Source: Phoronis australis (lineage: Eukaryota > Animalia > Phoronida). Taken from it: a stretch of 64,000 nt of DNA. The notes below the pieces were generated by a model that searched no databases, had not been told where the DNA came from, and worked only from the letters and a program-made list of their open reading frames with translations. The first letter of the stretch is position 1, and the number at the start of each line of letters is the position of its first letter. Positions 23,518 to 35,941 of this stretch are shown here, in pieces. The stretch spans positions 1,021,529 through 1,085,528 of the forward strand of contig NMRA01000014.1 in the NCBI GenBank assembly GCA_002633005.1. The letters are read 5' to 3'. A program made the position numbers and the translations under genes.

Positions 23518-26299
23518 TGACAGACTCAGCAGTTTGCAAAAAGAACTCCATGTCACATTCTTGACTCGGATTGGCAATAAATGGCTATGACTGCCTCACT
23601 TTTGAACTACATGCCTGTATCCCCATGGTGGCAGTCAGTCAAAGGGTATCTCACTATAACTGTGCTAACCTGGGGATGAACTCTGAAAGGGATCAAGGAA
23701 AGTAAAGTGTTTTTGCCATGAGCTGCATCCTGCATCCTGCAGTAGGCTGCACTATGCCTGTGAAGTACTGTATGCACATTAAGTTGCATCTCGTTGTGCT
23801 AAACTGACTATAACACGAAAATCAAAATAGGCCCCGTTACTCTCATAACATTGGTCTCGTAATATTCCTTATTGTGATAGGAATTGATTTCCTTTACCAA
23901 CCAGAATGTCAAGACAATAAGCGACTCAAAGGTATGCCTCTGAGTTTTTTAGGGTTTGCCAACCCTAAAATTGCTGATTTGAAAATTGGGCATGTAAGTA
24001 TTGACTGTGACTTGAATAGATAATGAAACTAGAATCCTACCATGTGAGGGATAATATTTTATTTAGACAAAATTCACGCAGGAGGCTGAACTCAAAGGAC
24101 AAACAGGAGACACTTGACTGCAAGGCACCTTGTACTTGATTGCTAGCTTTCTGCAAGAGCTGCTGTCATTAAGACGCCTGTTTATCAGAAGAACTGATTT
24201 GTGTTATTTTTGTGTAGAGCAGAGCAATTGCCACATTAGTGATGATTTCACAGCAATTAAAGACTGGCTAAAATAAATTGATGTTTCATAGATTAAAACT
24301 GGCTTCTGGAATTTATTTTCTCGTGAAAAGTTACTTTAGAGTCATCATTACTCACAGAAATACCATGAGGCAACTCCTATTCTAACATTTTGGGTTTTGT
24401 CAGTCCAATCCCTAAGCGAGCTTAAAGCCAGACTGGGACTTACCTGTCCTAATTGATTCACAAATTTTAATTGAAATTAAAATGTGTGTCAGTGGCTTAG
24501 CCACGCTGCTGAAAAAAACCTGTTCTCTAATTTCTCTTGTAAAGTATCAGTTTTGAAAATTGGAAGATGGCTAATATTTGGGTTTCAATTTTAGAAACAG
24601 CCATGTTGGTCATTTACATTATTTGTTCTTTTTTTTTATTTTGACATGTACACTAAACAGTCGCGTTATCCATGAGTAGCAACTAGCTCACTTCAATTTG
24701 TGATGGTGCCATCAAGCCGTTGATGTGCCAAGGAACTTGTTGGATATTGTGGGGTGGACAGTACACTGCTTTCTCATCCTCTTGTGTGCAAATTCTGTTA
24801 CGGTAAGAGTTGCCTAATGCTTTTAAAATTACCCAACATGCTTGCATTAGATTTCGATTCTCTGGTTGCTGTAATAGTAATTCTTTGAACCATGGTGGAT
24901 TATTCACTGTGAATCACGCCAAGCGAAAGGCTTAACTATGGACTTAATTGATATTTGGATATGCCGGCGCCTGGATTTGGAAACAGCAGATTGATATCTA
25001 GATATGCCATAGCCTGGATTTAGAAACCACTAACATCTGAAGTTGAAACTAAATGTTTTAATGAGAGTTTTAATCTCAGTTTAGGAGGTTGCTTGTTAGA
25101 ATTATAATGTGAAAGTAATTATTTCTTTTCTGTTCACACATAAACTACAAAGCAAAGTGAACTTGGTCACCAAAATGACTTTTAAAAAGTAACTTATTTC
25201 TGTCATGTTCCAGACATCATGAAAAGAATCCTTCCCTGACACCCTAATCCATCGAGTTTGGGCAACTCCACCAGTTCCCTAACCTTAAAGTCCCTTTTAT
25301 CTTCAAAAGTTGATGTTATCTTTTTGGGGTGATAAACCTGGGTAATCAGGCAGGAAATTGCCCATCATAAACATGGTTGTAAATACTGGGGCAACAATAG
25401 TATTTATTTTAAATTTTCATTTTGGAATTTTTTAAAGAGCATCTTTGAATGCTTAATGAGAATTACAAGTGCTGAAGTTTTGAATTTTGAAAATCGAATA
25501 AGAAATGTGACTATTCAGTACTTGTGCACTATGGTGGCGCATCAAAACTGATTGTTGTGCATTGTTCTTTAGGACACAATGCCTCGTTTTAGCATCAATT
25601 TTAACTAGCAAACGTGAAAGCGCTCGTGTTCCTAACATGCGTAACCATTTGTAGTTTGGAGGCAACACCTCGTTTTCGATCATAATGTCGAATTCGTGCA
25701 AGTATTGAATTATAATCTGTCTTTTAACAATGTTTCCCAGAGCTCAATCAGTGAGGGTATTCTGCTTCATTGATTCTGCTCAGCTCGAAACAGAATGGGC
25801 CGATTACCAAGGGTCATAAACAAGCAGTTGTAAAGTGAAGAAATCCAACTGTCTTCCTACAATTCTGGGCGTGATTGTGTGGCCTCCTACTGTGGGCAAG
25901 TTTACAAAGAATTGAAGACAGGTGCAGTTTGTGACATTTATTATTTCTATTTCTGTACATACATGGAATATATTTGCATACTTGATAGTTTAATGAATTA
26001 TAATTTGATTATATTGAATTGTATTGTTCGTATATATTTATCCCAATAAGTCAAACGTTTTTACAGTCTGGATCATAATAATAAACACACGCACCAGGCA
26101 CTTAATCAATGCTCGCTTAGTTTTCAACAACATATGTGAAATTCAACCATCTATTTCTAAATCTAGCAAACTGTCCTTTCTAAAAATATATTTCTCTTAA
26201 GGTATAGTACTGCTTAAAAAATATTGGCTAAGACATAATATAGATGGTAAAGCGTCCCAATCTTTGAGGGCATGTGTGACATTTCGCAACAAATTTGTT

Positions 26300-27660
26300 G
26301 ATGAATAGACATCGTTGATTACAAAAAAACACCAGCGTTTATTGGTGTTCATGATTATAATTGGAGCAAAGAAACATCTTCTTAGAAAAGTTCAAGTTAA
26401 TTCATATAGAAAATCTTTCTGTGTCTGGGACTTGTTTATAAACTGTACAAGGAAAAGACTCAGAGACGCCTATTTTACAAGGGATATAAATTTGTACATA
26501 ATTGTCTGTGAACGAGTCGATACTCAAACCATCTTATAACATCAATAGACACGTTTTCAAGTAGTTTTCCAACCCATAGTTAATTCATTGCTCATTGCCG
26601 ATCTGAGAAATCCATTTATCCTGTGAAACCGGCATCCTCATATTCCAAGTAAATACACCGTACACTGATCTACTTTCTTATTTTTGTCATCGTGTTTTAC
26701 ACCTCCGGATGATGTGGTAGAACTAATACAACACTAGTATTATAATTTCTGTCACAGACCCAAGAAGACAGTGATGCTTTCATAAGTCTGTAAAAAGTTG
26801 TTATGGGTCTAAAGGTATTTCTTAAATGTTTCGTGATACAACACAATCCTTCATGGTCCATTACATCTTATACAAATCCCATCCCTCTATGATTCCATGA
26901 TATTAAAACAACTGACTTCGTTCAGATTCTCATTGAAGAAGAGTAGTTACTGAGTGGCTGATCAATAACATTTTCAAAGTATCTGGTACACCGATGTCAA
27001 GACGAAAAGTTTTTCCATACAGAACTTATTTTTAAGCCAACATAACATTACAATAATCACATGAGTCTATTTTTTCCAAAAATACTTCGTTCCGACGCTA
27101 TCCACTATTTTTTTGCATTCACTATTCTATAGCTCCCAAAGTTTGAGTGCCTTTGTGTAAGAAGCCACCATTCAACATACGCCACTGTCATAATGGGCCA
27201 TAACTTAGGTGTTGTACTCTATCATTTTTCTGGCCCCAACTAGATTTTAAAAGGAGTTTCTTTTGTATACTTGGGAGGGAGATGGGAAGCGTTGGTAAAC
27301 AAATGATCGAGTACAATGGAATCATGTCAGAGCTAAATTCATCTGTTCATTGTCTCGTTGCAATGCCATACTTTGATATGTGTGCTTGAAACTAACTTTT
27401 ATGTGCGTGGGGTATCATTACAGGCAGACACTGAGATTTTTTATGGGCTTTTGTCAGGCTCTTCAGTCATAAGGACTCGCAATGCAGAGCTATTTTAGGC
27501 GTCATTAAAAGGCATTTGCGGATAAGGACAATTTCCTCAGGCATCTGATTTCAAAGGCCTGTTGCTTCAGTAATAGTGTTTGCGCTTATGACCTCCTGCT
27601 CCAAACACAAAGGGCGATCGTGGTAGAGCTAGGCTGCCTGCAATGTCTTGGGTCCGAGAC
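26300..27660 (-). pseudogene. Heavily decayed transposase-like relic (possibly MULE)
   Basis: Short - strand fragments such as MDFSD...GK and YVEWWL resemble MULE transposase motifs. Many stops; boundaries approximate. Confidence 0.3.
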
Positions 27661-28681
27661 CATCATATGTTACTCGAGACTCGACTCAAAAAATAAAAAA
27701 TCGCGTGTCCTGCTTCACAGGTGATGTGATTGGTAAATTTTCGAAACGACTCTAGCGTAAAGTTTGGTGGTCACGCTGGGTCCCTGGCATTTATACAAAA
27801 CATCTTCATTTTGTAAGACCACTAAAATCTACAGAATGTACAAGGACAAAATTAATTTTGTGTCGAATTCAATCTCTAGAAGCTGAATTGGTATAAAAGT
27901 AACTGAAGACGTCACACTTGCTCGTGGTGATTGTCAATATTAAATTTTGGTTTCACTGTTAAGCAGCCGAAACACATAAAACTAATATAAATCCATACTA
28001 ATCTTTGTCGAACTTTGTTATTGCTCAATGCATGTAAAGGGGGCTGAAACGCAATGAACAGACTACATTGCAATGTTGAAAGTGGTTCGCTGCCACTGAA
28101 ACATAATTTAACCTGTTCACCAGATATTTTTAGGGTTTGTTCGTAAAAAAATTTTATTTCTGTTGATACCAAATCATTTTTGTTTAGTTCCAAATTTCAA
28201 AAAAAATGATCGTCAACTGCTCGCCACTTTGTCGATTTTTCTCCCACGTGGCAAACACGTTTCCCTATTTGGTATAGCAAGACATAGACGTAGTACATTT
28301 CCTTTTATGAAAATGTGACCATTAACCTCAAGCGACTTCAAGTAACTGTGAGCGCATGCGCGTATTTATTATGAGGGGGAGGTAAATTAGAAACTCTGTG
28401 GTAACCACAGAGTTTTTCTTTCGCGCGTATTTCAGTATTGGCTTATTTTGTGATTTTTTTCTGGAAGTTTCCTCACAGGGGAAAGTGAATTACTCAGTAG
28501 CAGACGTTGCGATGTGGTACTTTTGTCAGGAATAGTTTAAAAGATATTTTTGACGAGCTTTTGCGTTTCATTCCTATTTAATATCTTTGCCATGGCCATA
28601 GCTAAGATATGTCCCAAAATGAATTATCGTACTTATTCATCTCCAGTGAGTAGAGTATAAAATATGTACATGTGTGAACGT

Positions 28682-28760
28682 GTACGCACGCACGCACGCA
28701 CACACACACAAACACACACACATACAAACACACACACACACACACGAACACGCGAACACA
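28682..28760. repeat. (CA)n/(CGCA)n microsatellite
   Basis: Imperfect CA and CGCA run. Confidence 0.9.
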
Positions 28761-29715
28761 CGTGCGATAGCCCGTACACAAGTGGATACGGACGACCAAA
28801 CACTGTAGTTCCTATTACTCAATGAGCATTTTGATCACAGAAGAGGAATAGTGACGACTTGAGGCCAACCTGCCCTGTTCAGTAGTGGCAGATGGTCAAA
28901 ATTATATTATTCGAACGTAATTAAAAGCGCTAGTTTGCTGAAGCGAAAACTATCCCAAGTTCCACTGAAATGAAATAAATTAACTTAACAGTGGAGTTAC
29001 TTCCTGTTAAAGGAATTAATGAACTCATTTCGATACGTTGCATTATCATCTGCCTTCACTCGCTGTGATAATTTTATCTCAGTGAGACAAAGATGGGTCT
29101 CGCCCAAATACTATTGTTTCGAACTGCTGCACTGCATGGGTTTGAAACCAGACAGAGATTGTCAGGTTCTTGCCTAATCAGCCATATCTCTCATGGGAGC
29201 AGGAAACATGTTGCCGAAACTAATGGCGTAAAAACTGTTTCATAGGTCTTAAGAGTTTTCTCTACATGCTGTTAGCCACCCTTCTAAACCAGTGCTAATA
29301 GGTCAAGTCGAAATCGCAATTTCCAAACTGGAATAAAGCAACTTAGCAGCATGGAGCATCATCACAAAACAATCATATTCAAAGATGGAGCTGCATTGGG
29401 CTTCGGCGCTGGTGATATAGACCGCTGCTGCTGGTTTCGACTTGGACCCAGTGGAAGTACATGTACCTGCTACAAGTTGGTCATTGCTTGCCTGAGAACA
29501 TGGTGGTGTGTGAAATGTCCCGCCGTGACAAACACGTTGCTCTCAAACAAATAAGGGATGTCAGGTCATTTCAGGTCAAGAAGTCGCCTCTAATTTGAGT
29601 AAGGAACAATTTAAGTTTAAAAATCACTAATTTCATAATTGTAAGCTAGGTTTATAGCAGCGCAGTCCAATATAACGTTACTTGAAAATCCACTGGAATC
29701 GGAGATTGTGAGACA

Positions 29716-30405
29716 TTAGAGAACTTTCGCAAAGCGACGTGAACGTAAATTAAGACACATACGTAACTGCGCGTGTAGATAACAGTAACAAAAATGGGTT
29801 TCGCAATAGCTAAATTTTTACGCTAGTGCAAATTTTAAGTAAACGTGAACTGAATAACTGAGCTCAGAGTGTCCAGTTATCGAAGTACATATCCGCTAGA
29901 TAGAACTACATGTTGAATGCGAAAAATAGTCCTTTCTACGCACTCCTGCAAAAAAACGGTCAACTCCTAGAATGCGAATTTTTATTTGGAGTTTAAAATA
30001 AACAGATGCATGTACATTAAGCATGTAAAAATATTAGCAACACAAAGCCATATCTTTTAAAATCCATTCTAGTTCGATTATATTCATGAGCGAACCCCGG
30101 CAGAATAAAGATTTTGAAAAGGTGTTTTCTTGCAACTAAACTTTAAGAACATTCTTAGACAAAAGAATTGTGTTTGCTTTATACTGAAGAAGAAAGACTG
30201 CATGAGAACCCTATCAAAATAAAAAAATTTCCGATGTCTTACCAAATAAGAATTAAAAAGAGACCCCAGGTTTCGCGTTTAAAGGTACTCGAATCTCCTT
30301 GTATTCGAGTAAAATACTCAAACACAGCCAACATTTGGCATGTATGACGCAGTATTATAAATGCGTGATAATTCACGTTCACGTCGCTTAGCGAAACCTC
30401 CCTAT
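29716..30405. mobile_element. Non-autonomous TIR element (MITE)
   Basis: TIR TAGAGAACTTTCGCAAAGCGACGTGAACGT / ACGTTCACGTCGCTTAGCGAAACCTCCCTA. A related terminus is at ~43806 and an inverted homolog of the interior at ~43950-44375. Confidence 0.65.
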
Positions 30406-30448
30406 TACGTCAAAGAGTGCAGAAAGTCGATATTAGACGATAAAGGAA

Positions 30449-31097
30449 TTTATATGCGCTAACTGCGAAGCGATACCGAAGCTATTTTACAGTGAAACAA
30501 CACGTGTAGTTGAGATAAAAGGTCATATATATTATGACAAACTAAACTACTACAGATATCAGTAATTACAAAAGTTATATAACATGTTGCACTGTAAAGG
30601 TGGGTGATAATCTGCCATAGTAAGTTAGGAAACAATATGCGGAAGAATAACAGCAACACCGGGACAGCGACATGTGAAATTTGAGGATAACAGGGAAAGA
30701 ATGAAAATTGGTTTGAGGGAGGGAGGGAAAGAGAAATTGAGCGAAAAATGAAAGTTGGAGAGAATTGTGGACGATGGCCCAGTGTTGCAACAAGACAAAG
30801 AGATCACGTGGTACAATTAAACCAATAATCGTAAAACAAAGAGGGTCACTGACCTGAGAATCCAAACAATATGTTAATGAGGAGGAGGCAGTATAGCTTA
30901 CATAAAATAATTTAATACTTAAATAATTTTTATATGCGCTAACTGCGAAGCGATACCGAAGCTAGTTTACAGTGAAACAACACGTGTAGTTGAGATAAAA
31001 GGTCATATATATTATGACAAACTAAACTACTACAGATATCAGTAATTACAAAAGTTATATAACATGTTGCACTGTAAAGGTGGGTGACAATCTGCCA
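30449..31097. repeat. 169-bp near-identical direct repeat (30449-30617 and 30929-31097)
   Basis: Offset is exactly 480 bp; two mismatches seen. Confidence 0.92.
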
Positions 31098-31126
31098 CAG
31101 ATGCAGCAGAAGGATGCATCAGGAAT

Positions 31127-32215
31127 CTAACTAGCAGATAGCGGGGGAAGCGGTGGCGGTGGCGGTGGTTTTGAAAATGAATCTGATACTACAATGGCAG
31201 TGAACAACGACTGTGGAGGTGGTATCGGAAATGAATCTAAAGATCCTTCATTTGCATTAAACAACGGTGGTGGAGGTGGTATTGGAAGTGAATCTAAAGA
31301 TCCTTCATTTACAGCGATCAACGGCGGTGGAGGTGGTATTGCAAGTGAGTCTAAAGATCCTTCGTTTGCAGCGATCAATGGCGGTGGAGGTGGTATTGAA
31401 AGTGAATCTAAAGATCCTTCATTTGCAGTGAACAAAGGTGGTGGAGGTGGTATCAAATGTGAATCTCTTTGATCTGAGCATTCAGGCGGCGGTGGTGGAA
31501 GTGAATCAGTAAATTCATTCGAGGTTATGTTCGGAAAGTCTGGAAGCGGTGGCAAATCTTCATCCACGTCACGTAGCCAGGAGGGTGTGCGTGTCTTGAA
31601 ATCCACCTGCAAGAACGGTGGAGGAGGCAACTCTAGTGGAGGCATGTCCTCAGATGACTCACGTGACTCATTGCTGACTTCACTGTGTGACATTTTTGGT
31701 ATCGTCGGAGGTGCCACGTAAAGTGCATGGGCGTGCTGCTCTGACGGAGCATTTCCAATAGAACTTTTCTTGTGTGATAATGCCGGTTGACGAACCTCTT
31801 TCTCCGTTATGATGACGCCTAAACCAACGCCGTCCAACGCTGAGTAGTCTATAGCCTTCCTCACGTATCTCTTTACACTTTCTATTTTTGCTGGTCGTAC
31901 AATCTTCCCGGTTCCTTCCCTATCAACATTGCTGTCTGGACTCGGCGATGCCGGAGCGGAGGTCATGTCTGCCCCGTCTGTCCCTTTCACTGCCACCTTG
32001 AAGTGACGACGAACACTCTTTGTTTTCTTAATCTCTACATGCCTGTATAGACTCTCAACATCTGACTGCACGGTGTCCATGTGTTGAGAGAAGTACTCAA
32101 GTCGCTGCAGGAATGTTTTAGCCAATGTGTTTATCTGGTACGCCACACTTGCTAGCGACTCATTCGTGTAATTCTTTGTTTCATTTAGTGCGTTTGGTCG
32201 GTTGCTTTCGTCGGT
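31127..32215 (-). CDS. ABI-like paralog (SH3-less Abl interactor), coding exon 2
   Basis: tgatgttttag|TDESNRPNALNETKNYTNESLASVAYQINTLAKTFLQ...YVRKAIDYSALDGVGLG (Abi HHR), then a Pro-rich tail. 1089 nt open frame ending in TAG; no SH3. Confidence 0.85.
   Translation of the reverse strand, partial: TDESNRPNALNETKNYTNESLASVAYQINTLAKTFLQRLEYFSQHMDTVQSDVESLYRHVEIKKTKSVRRHFKVAVKGTDGADMTSAPASPSPDSNVDREGTGKIVRPAKIESVKRYVRKAIDYSALDGVGLGVIITEKEVRQPALSHKKSSIGNAPSEQHAHALYVAPPTIPKMSHSEVSNESRESSEDMPPLELPPPPFLQVDFKTRTPSWLRDVDEDLPPLPDFPNITSNEFTDSLPPPPPECSDQRDSHLIPPPPPLFTANEGSLDSLSIPPPPPLIAANEGSLDSLAIPPPPPLIAVNEGSLDSLPIPPPPPLFNANEGSLDSFPIPPPQSLFTAIVVSDSFSKPPPPPPLPPLSAS
31190..31455 (-). repeat. 57-bp (19-aa) coding tandem repeat, IPPPPPL(F/I)xANEGSLDS(L/F)x, 4 copies plus 1 degenerate
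   Basis: 57-nt period visible as repeated GAATCTAAAGATCCTTC. Confidence 0.92.
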
Positions 32216-33780
32216 CTAAAACATCAACAAATTAGCTTTGCATTAAAGGCAGTTTTATTACCCTCCTCCCCCCACCACAGAGGAACATGTACAGTCGAAA
32301 TTCAGAGTGAACCTCCCGGGAACCCGTCCAAATCTAGTAATTTGACCGTTTAACCGACTCCCTGTACCCAAATCAAAATATGAGAGAAAATAAAAACTAC
32401 ATGAAATTATAGAAATGGTATAACTACAAAGTTAACATACACCACACCGAGCACTATACCTGTAGCCACAACCGTCATGTAATACCTGCACTTCGAGTGC
32501 AAATGAATGTTACGGGCCCACATCGTCGGCCGGGGGATACATTTATCCGACGCTTAACTCACTATACCCGGCTGCGTGCAAAAAAGCCCCATGTCTGTGC
32601 ACCCCAGGCTGTGCGCTGTACAGTTCGTTATAAACGGACCTGGGACCGTTGTAATTGTCCGCCACGACAAAATGGGTTTTAACATGGTATGTACAGTAAT
32701 CGGTACCAAATTCCATCAATCAGCTCACTTTTTAGGGCTTCTCTAAATAGTATTCACATGCAACTGAATCCGATCAAGTTGGATCTTGAGTAAATCCCTA
32801 TAGGCACTGAAAATCATTAGCCATGCATATGTGAAGTGTGCGGATCTGACGCCTGATTCGAAGCCTCAAATTCGGATGCAAATTGCTTTTGAAAACGTCT
32901 GGCCTATCTTCTCATCGTCCGCCGGCTGACAGCATGTTTGCCTTCTTACCAAGAGAAGGCAATAATAGGATAATATGTGGTTAGGATCTGTACGCCCATG
33001 TCTCAGTGGCAGAGAACTGCTTAGGTCTTCGGGATTAGGTCTTTGATACAACAGACCCCACTGAAAAGCGCAGTAACATGTACCAGGGAACAACTAAAAT
33101 GGTTCATCGTCCGAGACTCTCATCAAGAATCATAGAGAGCAAGTTTCTTTTTAAAGCTGCGTTTCACTCTGTTTACCTGGCTTGAAACAACAAAAATCGA
33201 CTTGGGCCTTAGTCATTCTTATGAAATCAGTCTCATAATATTCCCTGCCTTGACAGGACTCGTACCGTAACCTACTGAAGTCGCAAGCAGGCGAACTCAG
33301 GGGATGCGCCATTTAAGAATTCCCAATTTTAGGGTATGGCTTTTGAGTTTGTGTGGATGATGGTTTCGATGATCTTGTTAACTGATATAGAATCGCAGTA
33401 AGATGATATGAGACCGATTTTATGAGAGTAAAAGACCTGTAGATAGTTAATTTGTAGCCAATGAAAACAGGGCGAAAATGCAACAGCATCACACAACACT
33501 TATGACTGATACACAGGCCACCGTCTACTACCCGGCCCACTGAAGACTTAGCCTACTATATCGGAAGTCATTTCATCGCAAAATTAACTCATTTTACTTC
33601 GGCATTCTTTGTAATATGCCATGCGCGCTGGTGCAGGCGGTTCTTGTACATTTCTATTGGCGAAATGTAAGAAAGGGGCGAAATTATTTCTGATATCTAG
33701 TCTAGCTCAATGATTTTTGGTCCCCTTTTCAGAGTACTGAGGTCTCTAAGCCTACAAGCCTCGCCCAGTACGGTGCAGCC

Positions 33781-33887
33781 CAAGGGCGGATCCAGGGTTT
33801 TGAGTTGGGGAGCAGGGCAGAGTAATAGACAGGATCTTGCCCGTCAGACATTCGCACCCCCGTAATGCCAAATGGAATCCGCCACTG
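33781..33887. mobile_element. Short hAT-type MITE
   Basis: TIR CAAGGGCGGATCCA / TGGAATCCGCCACTG. Confidence 0.5.
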
Positions 33888-34999
33888 CAGCCCGCAAGGA
33901 TATATGCTTTTCGTTCAGTGTTATATCTCCCAGTAGACATCCATTTTGGTACATATTCACAGGTGCATTAGCCATTATGTCTAATTGGTTCAGTTAGAAC
34001 CACTCCGATCGAGGGGGCTAAGAAGGAATGAATTCACTAATTTGTAAACAGATTATCCCGACTGAGAACGATCGAGTTCAGACAGATAAGAAAACCGTTA
34101 ACTCTTCTAAAAAAATAAAGGTCAGTTTCGGTCAAAATAATAACGAAATAGGTCCCCAATCGACCTAAACCTAACCATTGTTGACCCCGACCGAAACGCG
34201 ACGTCATGTTTTTCAAATCTCAGTTTTCACGAAAGTGTTTATTGGCGTGAGTGTAGCGAACAAAAATATTCTAAACGAATAATCAACAAAGGAAAATATC
34301 CTAGTCAAATGTTTCCTGTACATAAAATTCGGCCGGTCAAAATGTGCCAAAACACATATTGAAAAGTTCTCAAGGCAATTTTATGACAGATTAGTTTCTC
34401 CAGTCCAGTTCCTTCTGGTGCCAGTTTTGTCAGCAATGTTCCTCACATATTGTAGCAAACTTGGTGACAGCAACTCTCTTTAACAGCGTTTTTTTCATGT
34501 ACCATTGGTTTCTCATCCACCTCTCAATCGTGACAATCTTGTTCGTATGAACCACCACTGACGGGAGATTCGGGTCGTTTGTCAACTACGGTGACCACTC
34601 GATAATCTACAAATGTGGGGTTCTGTGCGAGGGTACACCAAAAAAAAAAAGAAAACTAGTAACTAACGGTAAAGGATCGTTGTTAAAGAGAACGCCATAA
34701 TGTTTAGGAGAATCGCTCAGGCATTCTACAATTAATGTACAATGAGGAAACGGCATCATAGCCCCGGGCTCACTGGTACTAAATGAGTCACTACAGTTTA
34801 TAAACCTGGTTTGAGTTCCGTAAACACAAGAATCTCTCGAAAGACGCTAGTGTGATTACTTATTTTGCTTGTAATACCATAGACTATCTATGGTAATACA
34901 TGGCGATGTCTCGCGCATTCTTGCGTTTCTGCGAGGTCTCGCGTCTACGGAACGCACACCTGTACTCAAATTGCCTCATGCTGAACCTAGCGAGCTCAC

Positions 35000-35116
35000 C
35001 TGTTTATAATTCTGCTCGCAATAGTCCGCTACTCGAGTTAGACTTTCATGCGTGTGTAGAATGCCATTTCGAGCCTCTGATAAGTCGTGACTGGTAAACT
35101 TGGATGTATCAGTCAT
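35000..35116 (-). CDS. ABI-like paralog, coding exon 1
   Basis: MTDTSKFTSHDLSEARNGILHTHESLTRVADYCEQNYKQ|gtgagc. 117 nt, the same length and phase as ABI exon 1. Full model: complement(join(31127..32215,35000..35116)), 401 aa. Confidence 0.85.
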
Positions 35117-35119
35117 ACT

Positions 35120-35300
35120 TGCCGCGTTGTGTCACAACCCCTGCAAATAAGCCGACTGTGCGTTTCCTTATCTCGATGTCCTCTAATATTGTCAGTTTTC
35201 AAAACTTAAAGGCAAACAAGGAAGTTCCTTGTTTGCGTTTAAGACGACCGACCTTGTACGCGTACACGGGCACCCGGAAGTGTTACGATCAAAACAATCC
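35120..35300 (-). promoter_or_regulatory. Probable promoter of the ABI-like paralog
   Basis: CpG-rich segment directly upstream of the ATG, with an ETS-type CCGGAAGT at ~35274-35281. Confidence 0.35.
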
Positions 35301-35779
35301 TTTGTGACAGACTGATCGATTTTGATATGTGAATGAATTAAATTATTTTAAGAATGTATCCAGAGGTTTTGCAACTATTCTTGTAGATGGCTGAAGCAAG
35401 AGTGGCAAGTGGTTTGAGCTCAGGGTGGCACGCAGGTGCTGGTTTTCCCGGCCCGACTAATAGAAGCTCGAAAAAGAAAATTCTGATGGTTGCATGATTG
35501 GGGAGCAAAAATTGATGGTTGGCACGTCAACTCACTTACTGACTTCACTGTTATATACCAAGGGGACGTATGGTAACGTGGCGAACATTAACTTGTACAC
35601 CGACACAGCACTGTTACTTGATTCACATCATTATCTTGTTATTTTCTGTTTTGGGACAGGCAATCAAAAATTAATCCGATAACGAATGAAATATATGTTT
35701 TAGTCACGTTTAGCTGAATGGCAGTAATACATAAATGATGTAATGGTATATCAAGCTATTTTATCGTTACTTCTACCAC

Positions 35780-35941
35780 GTGTGTTCCATTGAAACATGA
35801 ACCCCGGTGTAAAGGAGACTCGGTGAGTTCGTACGTTTTTTCCGGGTTGCATGGTTAGCTCAGTGTTTTGAAGGTGCGGGAGTCTGTTTTCGACAACGGG
35901 ATATCTCTTTTCACCGGGGTTCCTGTTTCAATGGAACACCC
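35780..35941. mobile_element. ~160-bp MITE
   Basis: ~35-bp TIR GTGTTCCATTGAAACATGAACCCCGGTG / CACCGGGGTTCCTGTTTCAATGGAACAC. Confidence 0.7.

Noticed and set aside
29351-29554. GC-richer 67-aa ORF and its antisense frames
   Set aside because: No recognisable homology or supporting exon chain.
30449-31097. TRIM/retrozyme interpretation of the 169-bp direct repeats
   Set aside because: No PBS, PPT, TSD or ribozyme core found.
26000-31100. Downstream SH3-encoding exon for the ABI paralog
   Set aside because: No ALYDY/WWxG/GxxPxNY-type motif was seen on the - strand, and exon 2 ends in a stop without a convincing donor. Checked by eye only.
31194-31721. Gly-rich + strand ORFs (GGGGI...ESKDPSF)
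   Set aside because: Antisense shadows of the polyproline repeats of the ABI-like gene.
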